Positions 33,594-42,292 of a DNA stretch of 64,000 nucleotides are shown piece by piece. Location of the stretch: IMG/VR virus record IMGVR_UViG_3300045988_116799, positions 13,506 to 77,505 of that record; one strand, written 5' to 3'. Below the pieces are notes generated by a model. It was not told the origin of the DNA, did no database searches, and was given only the letters and a program-made list of their open reading frames with translations. A program made the position numbers and the translations under genes. The stretch comes from a virus. Positions within the stretch are counted from its first letter, which is position 1, and every line of letters begins with the position of its first letter.

Positions 33594-33942
33594 TTTTCAA
33601 AGCCTCCTTTTTACGCTGCTGCTTCTCAAAAAGCCTTTGCTGCTTCACCATTGAATCGTATATCGTGTTATATACTTTCTCGATAACAAATTTTGGTGTG
33701 TCACTTTTGCGGATAAATACCGGGTGATAGCCATATTTGTGCCTACGGTAGAAAATCTCGTCATCATCGCCTTCAATCTTTACCGATACTTTAGCAGCTA
33801 TAACATAAAGGTCACAATGCCCATTTCTGTGCTTGCGACGACACTTGTACGAGACATTGTTCTCGTCAAGATGTTTTTTTAGTTTTTCGAGCTTTGTGGA
33901 ATTTTTCATATGTCTATATTTTTTACAATCTATATATACCAA
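33574..33942 (-). CDS. Hypothetical protein (possible endonuclease-fold)
   Basis: 122 aa; CDLYVIAAKVSVKIEGDDD resembles the D..E.xG core of the neighbouring DUF559-like gene; weak. Confidence 0.35.
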   Translation of the reverse strand: MVYIDCKKYRHMKNSTKLEKLKKHLDENNVSYKCRRKHRNGHCDLYVIAAKVSVKIEGDDDEIFYRRHKYGYHPVFIRKSDTPKFVIEKVYNTIYDSMVKQQRLFEKQQRKKEALKNEKRNK

Positions 33943-33945
33943 GCA

Positions 33946-34683
33946 TTAGCGCAAGGGGATGGCGCGATTTTCTTTGTTGTTGAATATTTTACTTATAATT
34001 GTATATGTGTTAGAAGTTACGTTATAAGCGAAGTTATGTGTTGTAAATATATACCCAGGTACAGGGTATCCTCCCACCTTAGGCATAAAGGTAGAACGAA
34101 AATGACTTTGTAAAGCAACAAAACCCTTTTCCACGGCATATCTCACGTAATTGAATGCTGTCTTTAACGAAACTCCAAAATTTCGCGCAATTCTTTTATA
34201 CGATAATCCTTTCTCATTGTAAGAATCTCCGTAACCATACTTCCTTTTAAGTGCGCGAGCTTTTTTGACAACACTAATTTGTCTCGCCTCACGTGCTTGT
34301 AGAATGGTACGCTTACAGAAATCTTTATGAGATTGGATTATGCACAAAAGAATGGCGTATAATGATTTTTCTACGTCTTTAATTGTGTCATAACAAATAT
34401 CTGTAATATTAATATTTCTGCCTTTATGCTTCGCAACGACTGAAAGAAAAACAAGTGAAGAACCTTCGATTTTAGCAAAGCCGAGTTGAATAAGCGTATT
34501 TATGCGTTTCTTTATAGTGTACGCATGTACGCCTGTAATGTTAGCAACCTTATTGACTGACCAGTTCTTCAATACATTTTTATTGTGTTTATGGTAAAAA
34601 TACAGCAACAAGGCTATAGCTTTCAGAGAAGCTTTATCTCTGAAAAGGCTGTTAGCTATGTTGTATCGTAGGTTTTTTACCAT
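33946..34683 (-). CDS. Winged-helix/HTH DNA-binding protein, paralog of 60183..60920
   Basis: 245 aa; KNWSVNKVANITGVHAYTIKKRINTLIQLGF and GLSYKRIARNFGVSLKTAFNYVRYAVEKGF; same architecture as the 60183 gene. Confidence 0.55.
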   Translation of the reverse strand: MVKNLRYNIANSLFRDKASLKAIALLLYFYHKHNKNVLKNWSVNKVANITGVHAYTIKKRINTLIQLGFAKIEGSSLVFLSVVAKHKGRNINITDICYDTIKDVEKSLYAILLCIIQSHKDFCKRTILQAREARQISVVKKARALKRKYGYGDSYNEKGLSYKRIARNFGVSLKTAFNYVRYAVEKGFVALQSHFRSTFMPKVGGYPVPGYIFTTHNFAYNVTSNTYTIISKIFNNKENRAIPLR

Positions 34684-34815
34684 AATGTTCTAAAAAAGAA
34701 ACTCCCAATGTACAGCGGACTAGGCAACACTGACAATGGGAGTTATTGTATATTTAGACCCTTTTCTATTCAGATAGGGAAATTGTTCTTTTAGTGCCTT
34801 GTCATTTGAACGCCA

Positions 34816-34823
34816 CAAAATTA
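34816..34823 (-). promoter_or_regulatory. -7 box TAATTTTG for the 33946..34683 gene (~130-nt leader)
   Basis: Plus gaacgccacaaaattaataa, the same context as the leader A promoter. Confidence 0.4.
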
Positions 34824-34873
34824 ATAAATTATTAGCGTGTATGCACGTTTAAAATATTAAAATATATTAAAGA

Positions 34874-34976
34874 CTAATAGAAAAATAAGAATACTCTTTG
34901 TTGTTTGAAAATAAATTATTAACTTTGTGGTGTTAAAATTAATAGATAACTAATAAATACAGGAGATACAACAATG
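34874..34976 (+). promoter_or_regulatory. Early promoter/leader cassette (copy 2)
   Basis: ACTAATAGAA..TTATTAACTTTGTGGTGTTAAAATTAATAGATAACTAATAAATACAGGAGATACAACAATG; -7 box at 34920-34927. Confidence 0.55.
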
Positions 34977-35108
34977 AAGAATATGTATGGAGAAACAGTC
35001 AAACCACAATATGAGGTGGCACAGAAATTCCAAATGGGAAAGATAGATATATCTTTAAATGGAAAGACCATAATTCTTATAAGTTGGTTAGAGGTAAAGA
35101 ATGGGTAG
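34974..35108 (+). CDS. Small ORF (44 aa) at the head of the early operon
   Basis: The ATG is preceded by the conserved AGGAGATACAACA leader; too short for the ORF track; no homology recognised. Confidence 0.3.
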   Translation: MKNMYGETVKPQYEVAQKFQMGKIDISLNGKTIILISWLEVKNG

Positions 35109-35404
35109 AAAACCGTTTGCAATCCCCAACAGGATTTAAGAATCATATAGAACGGTGGGCTTATATAAAAGACCTTGAATCTATTTGTGAGCAACTTCAG
35201 CAAGAGCCAATTGACTGGGAGCAGCGCAGATACGAGATAGCTAAGGAAATGCTTCGCACTATCTACATAGAAGATGGTAAAGAGAAACGCAGCACAAACC
35301 CAGGCATTGAGTTTGAGTATCAAAGTTTGGAGGGCAATGCAAGGGAAGCCGTCAGATACGCTAACGTACTTATTGAAGAACTAAAAAAGCAAAATCATGG
35401 ATAG
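35084..35404 (+). CDS. Hypothetical protein (start uncertain)
   Basis: 106-aa ORF with a TTG start and no in-frame ATG near the 5' end; overlaps the small ORF in another frame. Confidence 0.4.
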   Translation: MVRGKEWVENRLQSPTGFKNHIERWAYIKDLESICEQLQQEPIDWEQRRYEIAKEMLRTIYIEDGKEKRSTNPGIEFEYQSLEGNAREAVRYANVLIEELKKQNHG

Positions 35405-35843
35405 AAAACTTTTCTTTCACACCGTTTGTCTTATGCGCACAGCACAGCGTGAATATTTCAAGACGCGAAGTAGCGTAGCACTTGCTCAAAGTAAGTTGCT
35501 GGAGAAAACGATTGACGATGAAATAAAGCGAGTCAGGGCAGTAATGGCTGCGAAAGCAAAGCCTTTCTATGAACTCGTGGATGTAGATTTGCGGATGGGG
35601 CAAGAATGGATTAATAACCATGTCGTAGCAAGCCTTGATGATTTTTTCTGTGATGTGACCATTCAACATCAAAATATGTTGGGCATTCATCTTTTCGACC
35701 ACGGGTATTGCAATGCATACGATTTTCCCACACTCGTTATTAACGATGTAGGTGATGTTTCAGGTGATGATATACTTGAATTTAAGTTCGAATGTAATAA
35801 TGGTAAATATAACGTATCGTTCTTACACGTACTGAAAGGTTAA
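35397..35843 (+). CDS. Hypothetical protein
   Basis: 148-aa ORF, tightly packed in the operon. Confidence 0.5.
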   Translation: MDRKLFFHTVCLMRTAQREYFKTRSSVALAQSKLLEKTIDDEIKRVRAVMAAKAKPFYELVDVDLRMGQEWINNHVVASLDDFFCDVTIQHQNMLGIHLFDHGYCNAYDFPTLVINDVGDVSGDDILEFKFECNNGKYNVSFLHVLKG

Positions 35844-35858
35844 CAAAAACATATAAAA

Positions 35859-36254
35859 ATGGAAAATGATAATTATGGAATTCATTTTAACGCTCTGAAA
35901 TATGTAAATTCAGGTGTTTTAAACATTAAAGGGCGCTCAGAAACAAAACGTTGTCTTGTCGTGCCTATAGAAGACAACCATCTATTTGAGAGCGTAAACG
36001 AAGATGGCTCACCAAAGGCAGTCTATTTGGATTTAAATGCTTTTGCTCTGCGCGAGCCAAAATACGAACAGACGCATATTGTCAAGCAATCCCTGCCTAA
36101 GGACGTTCGCGAAAGCATGACAAAGGAACAGCTGGATGCTATGCCTATACTTGGAGGCATGAAACCGCTTGTTAATCCTTCAGCTAATGCTGCTACAGCA
36201 AGCAATGTTCCGTTTGCACAGCCAACGGAAGATGACAGTGATTTACCGTTTTAA
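35859..36254 (+). CDS. Putative ssDNA-binding protein (SSB-like acidic C-terminal tip)
   Basis: 131 aa ending EDDSDLPF, like the DDDIPF tip of bacterial SSBs. Confidence 0.45.
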   Translation: MENDNYGIHFNALKYVNSGVLNIKGRSETKRCLVVPIEDNHLFESVNEDGSPKAVYLDLNAFALREPKYEQTHIVKQSLPKDVRESMTKEQLDAMPILGGMKPLVNPSANAATASNVPFAQPTEDDSDLPF

Positions 36255-36265
36255 ATATTAAGAAT

Positions 36266-36715
36266 ATGGGAAGATACAGTAAAAAATCAGAACAGGAAGC
36301 TCAGAACAACGAAGCTCCTCAGTTTATTCCACCGTTGGAACAAGTCGAAAACGAAGAACAGGAAGCTCAGAACAACCAAAAGTTTCAGCGTATAATTCCG
36401 CTTATTGCGAGTGAAGACGTAGTGTTACATAAAGGTGGCGTGCTTGTACCTACTGTTAATAAACTAACAGGTTTTGAAGGCGCAATTGTTATGTCAACAC
36501 AAGACAATGCTATCAATGGGCTACTCGTAGAAGACAACAAACGTCTTACGTCTTCATTCGTTGTGCCAATGTCAATAATGGCAGACAGCGAAGTAAACGT
36601 TGTTGTCAACGTTGTTGACGAGGTTAATATCCTTCGACAAACGCAATATGGCACACGCATGGATAACCTTATTATCCCAGCCGGAACTCATATTGCCGAC
36701 CTCGTTGTATTTTAA
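36266..36715 (+). CDS. Hypothetical protein with short N-terminal EQEAQNN repeat
   Basis: 149-aa ORF; acaggaagctcagaacaac occurs twice. Confidence 0.45.
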   Translation: MGRYSKKSEQEAQNNEAPQFIPPLEQVENEEQEAQNNQKFQRIIPLIASEDVVLHKGGVLVPTVNKLTGFEGAIVMSTQDNAINGLLVEDNKRLTSSFVVPMSIMADSEVNVVVNVVDEVNILRQTQYGTRMDNLIIPAGTHIADLVVF

Positions 36716-36768
36716 ACACAATCTTGGGTGCTACAAATTTAAAGTAGCACCCTTATAAAAGAATATAG

Positions 36769-36963
36769 ATGTCAAGAATTGAAAGTAACAGAAGCTTAAA
36801 CGCTCAATATCGAGAATTACGCAAAGGTGAACTCGTATACCGAGTTGAGTTGTACGCTACCAATGGCGTTCATGGCATTGGCAATCGTGAAGTAATAAAC
36901 AAAATCGTGGACTTGCTTATTAACGAGTCGCAGAAACAAATAGAAAAGGAGGTGAATGAATGA
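36769..36963 (+). CDS. Hypothetical small protein
   Basis: 64-aa ORF; 4-nt overlap with the next gene. Confidence 0.4.
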   Translation: MSRIESNRSLNAQYRELRKGELVYRVELYATNGVHGIGNREVINKIVDLLINESQKQIEKEVNE

Positions 36964-37202
36964 CAAGTAAAATCAAACATCCTCGCAAGCGTATCGTTGT
37001 GCTTGAGCTTAAAAAAGAAAAAGAAACACTCGTATATAGTACGTGCGCAGAGCTTGCTGTCGCAAACGGCAAGAACAAAATAGGCATTGAATTAGGAGCC
37101 CTTTGGAATGCACTTGCCAAAAACGATGGTGTCTACGAAAATGATTTGTGTAAGATTTACTATCGCAAGATAGAAAACAATAAGAACCCAGAATGGAAAT
37201 AA
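36960..37202 (+). CDS. Hypothetical small protein
   Basis: 80-aa ORF in the operon. Confidence 0.4.
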   Translation: MTSKIKHPRKRIVVLELKKEKETLVYSTCAELAVANGKNKIGIELGALWNALAKNDGVYENDLCKIYYRKIENNKNPEWK

Positions 37203-37205
37203 TAT

Positions 37206-37442
37206 ATGGACAATATAATTATAGAAACTGATAAAGACCGTAAAAACAGTTTTACTGTTCGTCAAGGCGATAAATATAGCGACGGACTAACGTATGACGA
37301 AATGCTCGGTACGATTAGTGCTTTAACTATGCCTACAGAACGTCCTTGTATTCATTGGATGAAGACAGAAGAACAATGGAAGGATTTCTTTGCAAATGTA
37401 TTATCAGCAAAAAAAAATAGGCATATTAAGAATGAAGTTTGA
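37206..37442 (+). CDS. Hypothetical small protein
   Basis: 78-aa ORF in the operon. Confidence 0.4.
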   Translation: MDNIIIETDKDRKNSFTVRQGDKYSDGLTYDEMLGTISALTMPTERPCIHWMKTEEQWKDFFANVLSAKKNRHIKNEV

Positions 37443-37827
37443 TAATTTCTTAAAACAGCAACAGCACACGAAACGAAAACCACGGCACGATGAATCTAAG
37501 ATACAAAAATCTGTTGTTAGGTGGTTTCGCTTGCAATATCCTCAGTATATTATCGCTGCTGTACCTAATGGAGGGTATCGCAATCCCAAAGAAGCTGCAA
37601 TCATGCAATGTGAAGGAGTTCTTGCTGGCTTTGCCGACCTTATAATAATAGCGCAGCGCAATGTTCTGTTTTTAGAAATGAAGACAGAAAAAGGCCGTCA
37701 GTCAGAGAAGCAGAAAGAGTTTCAGAACAAGGTCAGTAAACTTGGCTTTGAGTACGTGATATGCCGCTCTTTTGACCAGTCCGTTCTTGCAATAGAACGG
37801 TGGATTAAAATCATAACAATCAAATAA
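37432..37827 (+). CDS. VRR-NUC domain nuclease
   Basis: GVLAGFADLIIIAQRNVLFLEMKTEKGRQSEKQKEFQ matches the VRR-NUC D..ExK..Q pattern; the track ORF begins at 37390, the ATG at 37432 is more likely. Confidence 0.65.
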   Translation: MKFDNFLKQQQHTKRKPRHDESKIQKSVVRWFRLQYPQYIIAAVPNGGYRNPKEAAIMQCEGVLAGFADLIIIAQRNVLFLEMKTEKGRQSEKQKEFQNKVSKLGFEYVICRSFDQSVLAIERWIKIITIK

Positions 37828-37846
37828 CTTAAAAAGGAGATACACA

Positions 37847-38170
37847 ATGACAGGTCTGAATTATGTAATTGAAGCGAAAGGAGAAATACCTTACTTTGTC
37901 AAAACCAACGATGGTTGCGAACTTTTGTCTAATGATAGAAATTTGAAAATTATCATCAAGCATAGAAAAGTGTTTAACAACAATAATAATACACAACAGG
38001 AAGTCTGTACCACTGCTTGCTGGGTAGCTTCACACAGTATATGGGAGAGGGGTAATATTTCCTCTACAATTTGCTCTATAGACGAGTACATCAAAAGTCT
38101 TGATGCGTCTCCTTACTTTACAAAAGCTACTAACGAATATCGCCAATATTTAAACACAGATATAAAATGA
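37847..38170 (+). CDS. Hypothetical protein
   Basis: 107-aa ORF preceded by GGAGATACACAATG. Confidence 0.45.
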   Translation: MTGLNYVIEAKGEIPYFVKTNDGCELLSNDRNLKIIIKHRKVFNNNNNTQQEVCTTACWVASHSIWERGNISSTICSIDEYIKSLDASPYFTKATNEYRQYLNTDIK

Positions 38171-38361
38171 TAGAAATTGGTATAGTCACGCTGATTATGA
38201 CGGTAGTGATGTTCGTCTTATGTATGCTGAATTTTCTGCTTGGGAAAGAAAGCACTTATGTGTTTTCACAGTCAATACAGAAGTGGTATCTCGTATTGTC
38301 ATTGGCATATATCTTACTTTCGTTGTATTACATTTACAAGACCGCTTTACTTTTAAATTAA
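38167..38361 (+). CDS. Small two-pass membrane protein
   Basis: 64-aa ORF with two hydrophobic helices. Confidence 0.4.
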   Translation: MIEIGIVTLIMTVVMFVLCMLNFLLGKESTYVFSQSIQKWYLVLSLAYILLSLYYIYKTALLLN

Positions 38362-38366
38362 CTAAA

Positions 38367-39185
38367 ATGGAAACTCCTATTAAATGTTTTGCCGTTGAAT
38401 CTTTCGGCAATAGTTACAAGGTTTTTGCCGACCAAACAGTAGATTCATTATATGTGCAAGAAACGCTAAACATCGCAAAGGTGTCAGTATTTCAATTTCT
38501 CTACACCGAATATCTTATCACAGATAATTGGATGTATTCAATGGAGTGGTACTTGAAAAAGAAAGGCATCTTGCGCTTTGAACTAAAAAAGAAGTTCAAC
38601 GAAGCAAAGCAATCCTTACGCAAGATAATAGAACTTGTAGAAAGCAACTCGCAGGACACATATTGCAACGAGTATGCAAGCCAACTGGATGATATGGCTT
38701 TGCCAACATTGAAAAAACTTCGTGACCAGATTGCTGAGAAGTTACAGAATCTTGGCGTGCCACGTGCAGGCGTGTGTGCTACTATGATAGTCCTTCAGAA
38801 TCTTATATGCATGTCGGTTGATACTCATAAACATATATTCAAGCGCATATACGAAATACGCCACATTGACATCAAGAAGTGCTTTGAGAAGGTCTATCCT
38901 GAGACCGCAATCAAACAAATAGACGAGATGCTTGCACTTGTTATGGGTGACGATAGGCAGAAGTATCAGAACAATATCGTCAACAACAAGACTATTAAGC
39001 AGCTGTTTGATAAATATGCGGTAACCATTTACGACCAGAATAATATCAAAAAAGCAAGCATTGCAGCGTATGAAGCCATGCCTGAAACGGAACGTGAAAG
39101 ATATATGTTGCTTGAAGACGGTGCTTGTATCCTTAAAGATAGTTACAATGGCAAGAAAAATGAAAACGACCGCAAAGCTGGTTGA
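38367..39185 (+). CDS. Hypothetical protein
   Basis: The track ORF starts at 38220; the ATG at 38367 (METPIKCF...) follows the stop of the previous gene. Confidence 0.5.
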   Translation: METPIKCFAVESFGNSYKVFADQTVDSLYVQETLNIAKVSVFQFLYTEYLITDNWMYSMEWYLKKKGILRFELKKKFNEAKQSLRKIIELVESNSQDTYCNEYASQLDDMALPTLKKLRDQIAEKLQNLGVPRAGVCATMIVLQNLICMSVDTHKHIFKRIYEIRHIDIKKCFEKVYPETAIKQIDEMLALVMGDDRQKYQNNIVNNKTIKQLFDKYAVTIYDQNNIKKASIAAYEAMPETERERYMLLEDGACILKDSYNGKKNENDRKAG

Positions 39186-39537
39186 CGCATTGACAAAAAA
39201 GGACTGTGCGGATAATGGTAGCGTTTGGGCTAAAGATTATCCGCTCAATCTTTTTAGTGGAGATGCTAAAGAATGTCAGTTTACTCGTGAGGACTTGCGT
39301 TCCTCGTTCGTAGCAGGAATAAAAGGTTATTTGCAAATCATATGGCATGACCCCAATAAAGAACTTTCAAATGACGGTGAGTGGTGTTTGTTACATACAA
39401 CAAGTGGCTTTCGACTTGCTGTTCGTCGAGAAACGCAATCGGGTGTACATAAATGGTGGCTTATGGATTATTCACTTTATGACGGCAAAGGACTCATACG
39501 ATGGGCGTATGTCAGCGACCTTGTGCTGTACAAATAA
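39148..39537 (+). CDS. Hypothetical protein
   Basis: The track ORF starts at 39061; the ATG at 39148 (MARKMKTT...) is more likely. Confidence 0.45.
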   Translation: MARKMKTTAKLVDALTKKDCADNGSVWAKDYPLNLFSGDAKECQFTREDLRSSFVAGIKGYLQIIWHDPNKELSNDGEWCLLHTTSGFRLAVRRETQSGVHKWWLMDYSLYDGKGLIRWAYVSDLVLYK

Positions 39538-39628
39538 TTGCTCGATGCCCTTACTACAAGTAACCCCATTGCACAATAACAGAATACTAATTTTCTGTCT
39601 GTAACACATAAATCTTAACAAAAATCAC

Positions 39629-40477
39629 ATGGCAAATTTGAAATTAACAAAAGAGAGTACGAATAGTGAAATCAAGGAGTATTTTACCGCAGTGTTAAAC
39701 CTTTCACAGTCCAACAGGGAATTTCCTGTAAGTATTGATGATGTATGGCCGCTTGTATATGGCAAGAAATCGGATGCTGTAGAAGCACTCATTAATAATG
39801 AGCAGTTCATAAAAGATGTTGACTATCAAGTTTTGCGGAAAAATCCGCAAAACCCCAAAGGGGGTAGACCTACAATAGAATACTACCTTACGACTTCTTG
39901 TCTTGAATATTTTATTGCCCGGAAAATCCGTAGTGTATTCGAGGTCTACCGGCAAGTCTTTCATAAAGCGGTACAAGCTATTGCTGTTCCTCAGACTTTT
40001 GCCGAAGCGTTGATGCTCGCCGCTAAACAACAGCAGGCTATTGAGGAAAAACAACGGCTAATAGAGCAAAAGAATACAGAGATAGAACAAAAGAACACAG
40101 AAATAGTTGAACTTTCAACCGCTATCACAGAAATGCAGCCTAAAGTCAGCTATGTAGACACTATTCTCCAGTGTAAAGATACTGTACAGGTGACACTTAT
40201 TGCACAAGATTATGGGAAATCAGCAAAAGCGTTCAATGTACTTCTTCGCAATATGCAAATACAGCGCAAGGTTGGCACAACATGGGTTGTACGTGCTAAA
40301 TATCTACAATGTGGTTATGTTCAGTCGGAAACATTTGAATATCCGCATAGTGACGGTACAAAAGGCGCGCGTGTCTATACGAAATGGACACAAAAGGGTC
40401 GATTGTTCTTATACGAAACATTAAAAAAGCATGGTATTCTACCACTTGTCGAACAAACAGAGCAAGCAAAGAAATAA
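39629..40477 (+). CDS. KilAC-domain antirepressor-like protein with a distinct N-terminal domain
   Basis: 282 aa; PQTFAEALMLAAKQQ...MQPKVSYVDTIL...TKWTQKGRLFLYETLKK parallels the C-terminus of 30532..31317. Confidence 0.65.
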   Translation: MANLKLTKESTNSEIKEYFTAVLNLSQSNREFPVSIDDVWPLVYGKKSDAVEALINNEQFIKDVDYQVLRKNPQNPKGGRPTIEYYLTTSCLEYFIARKIRSVFEVYRQVFHKAVQAIAVPQTFAEALMLAAKQQQAIEEKQRLIEQKNTEIEQKNTEIVELSTAITEMQPKVSYVDTILQCKDTVQVTLIAQDYGKSAKAFNVLLRNMQIQRKVGTTWVVRAKYLQCGYVQSETFEYPHSDGTKGARVYTKWTQKGRLFLYETLKKHGILPLVEQTEQAKK

Positions 40478-40580
40478 TCAACTTGTAATAAATGGAGTGG
40501 GGCGGCAGCGTTCCACTCTTTTATTTGTTAAAACCCTGTTATTTTTCTGTTATTTACAGGGAAAACATTATCTTTGTGCA

Positions 40581-41057
40581 ATGGCAAAGGTAACTATCAA
40601 AATAAAAGGTATAGAAGCTTTAAAGGAAAAGCTCATGGAAAAGAAACAAGCTGTGGATAATGTCTTAAAAACGGCATTGCCTGAGCTTGGGGAAAAGGCT
40701 GTGACCTATTCCAAAGAGAATAAAGGTTATCAAGACCAAACGGCAAATCTTAAGAACTCAATTTCTTTTGCCGTTTTCTTTGACGGTAAGCTCATAAACA
40801 CTACCATAGGCAAGATACCCGAGCCTGACAAGGTTAAAGGCGGACAATCGCAAGTGCAAAGCGCATTAGAAGAATATGCTTCCAAACCTGGAGTTGTCGC
40901 TCCTAAAGGTTATACAATAATAGTCGTTGCTGGAATGGTGTATGGCAAATATGTCGAAGACAAAGGTTACAATGTGCTGTATCTTACGAAACATTATTTG
41001 CACAATGGTATGAAAGATATATACCAGATGATTTTTGACTTGTTAAAAGAAAAGTGA
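40581..41057 (+). CDS. HK97 gp10-like tail-component family protein, displaced from the structural module
   Basis: The ATG at 40581 gives MAKVTIKIKGIEALKEKL...; overall pattern recalled as the gp10 family; low-moderate certainty. Confidence 0.4.
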   Translation: MAKVTIKIKGIEALKEKLMEKKQAVDNVLKTALPELGEKAVTYSKENKGYQDQTANLKNSISFAVFFDGKLINTTIGKIPEPDKVKGGQSQVQSALEEYASKPGVVAPKGYTIIVVAGMVYGKYVEDKGYNVLYLTKHYLHNGMKDIYQMIFDLLKEK

Positions 41058-41078
41058 GGTTGTTACGCCTCACTTTTA
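41051..41078. terminator. Bidirectional terminator
   Basis: 10-bp stem AAAAGTGAGG / CCTCACTTTT with an 8-nt loop, between convergent genes. Confidence 0.6.
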
Positions 41079-41085
41079 ATCTTTT

Positions 41086-41847
41086 CTATGTATGGTGCAA
41101 AGACTTGACAGAATTTACTATTGGATTATAGTCAATTGTGATATTTTGTCCATCTTGAGACAATAAGCCTTTAAATGTTTCTCTTTGCCCGTTTTTGTCG
41201 TAAGTAAACGTTATCTGGTTGTTTGATATTTGATAGTCTGCCGCGATTGTGTATTCCTTCATATCTTCATCAAAAGCCTGTTTGTCTGTATAGGCATAAT
41301 CGGTTTCATACACAACGCTTCCTTTGCCATTGAGAGGAATGAAAAGTGTCCCATCAGCTCGATATACTCCATAGCTATTGACGGAAATAGATTCGTAGTA
41401 GTTACTATATCCAATTCTCACAACGTATGAACCTTCTGTAAACTTGTAAAGTTTCTCTGTTTTTGTGAGTTTTGCTTTTACTCTCGAACGAGACACTTTT
41501 ACATGGAAAAGACATCTGTCAGAACTAAATGACGCAGTCATAACAGAATCGCAGCCGTGTTTTTCTATTTCACATAAATCCCAGAACCAATCTTGTGCGT
41601 TTGTGTTTGATTCTTTAGCATACTCCAATCCTTGTAGTTCTCCTATTTTTGTCAGTATAATGGAGTTTTCTTCAACTTTATCGACCGCAACGTTATCGGC
41701 ATTATGAAAATTGTATTTTACAGGTTTCCAATTGGTGTTTTCTAATTTTTTATTCTCTGTATTTGAATCATTGTCGTTGCAGCAAGAAGTGCTTAACATC
41801 GCTAAGAAGGCAAATACTAATGTGGTAATACTTGTTTTTGTTTTCAT
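41086..41847 (-). CDS. Lipoprotein (accessory gene/moron)
   Basis: 253 aa; MKTKTSITTLVFAFLAMLSTSCCNDND is a signal peptide with a lipobox Cys; reverse-oriented inside the early region. Confidence 0.6.
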   Translation of the reverse strand: MKTKTSITTLVFAFLAMLSTSCCNDNDSNTENKKLENTNWKPVKYNFHNADNVAVDKVEENSIILTKIGELQGLEYAKESNTNAQDWFWDLCEIEKHGCDSVMTASFSSDRCLFHVKVSRSRVKAKLTKTEKLYKFTEGSYVVRIGYSNYYESISVNSYGVYRADGTLFIPLNGKGSVVYETDYAYTDKQAFDEDMKEYTIAADYQISNNQITFTYDKNGQRETFKGLLSQDGQNITIDYNPIVNSVKSLHHT

Positions 41848-41852
41848 TTTTA

Positions 41853-42083
41853 TTATGCTAATTTAAAAATAGTACTATATCTGTTTATAATATGTTTGGC
41901 TCTTATTTCATCCCCGTGACATACACACATTGCCGCCAGCCGTAAATATTCACGCCGTCGTAAACTTCCAAGCCACAGCAATCGTTCGTAACATTGTATA
42001 GCTCGGCTTATCACCCCTAACTCCATGTATTGCTTTATAAGCTCACGGATTTCTTTAGTTGACATATTGTATATCTGTTTCAT
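41853..42083 (-). CDS. Hypothetical small protein co-transcribed with the lipoprotein
   Basis: 76-aa ORF; a TATCTTTG -7 box lies on the minus strand at 42103-42110. Confidence 0.4.
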   Translation of the reverse strand: MKQIYNMSTKEIRELIKQYMELGVISRAIQCYERLLWLGSLRRREYLRLAAMCVCHGDEIRAKHIINRYSTIFKLA

Positions 42084-42189
42084 AAACCTTGGGTTTTGAT
42101 TGCAAAGATAGTCTTTTCCCCTGTTTTAACGCTATATTTTTATATATTTATTTATAGTATTTAGCCAAACGATTAAATAATACTAAATA

Positions 42190-42292
42190 CTAATAGAAAG
42201 TTAATAGTTAACTTTGCTGTTTGAAGATTTATTATTAACTTTGCGGTGTTAAAACTAATAAATAATTAACAAATACAGGAGATACAACAATG
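42190..42292 (+). promoter_or_regulatory. Early promoter/leader cassette (copy 3)
   Basis: ACTAATAGAA..TTATTAACTTTGCGGTGTTAAAACTAATAAATAATTAACAAATACAGGAGATACAACAATG; -7 box at 42236-42243. Confidence 0.55.

Noticed and set aside
35084-35108. Programmed frameshift joining the 44-aa ORF (34974..35108) to the 106-aa ORF (35084..35404)
   Set aside because: There is no slippery sequence in the 25-nt overlap. A TTG start for the second ORF is a simpler explanation, so only the start was left as uncertain.
34919-35323. 134-aa minus-strand membrane-like ORF
   Set aside because: It overlaps the conserved plus-strand early promoter/leader cassette and the first plus-strand ORFs. No promoter or start context supports it.
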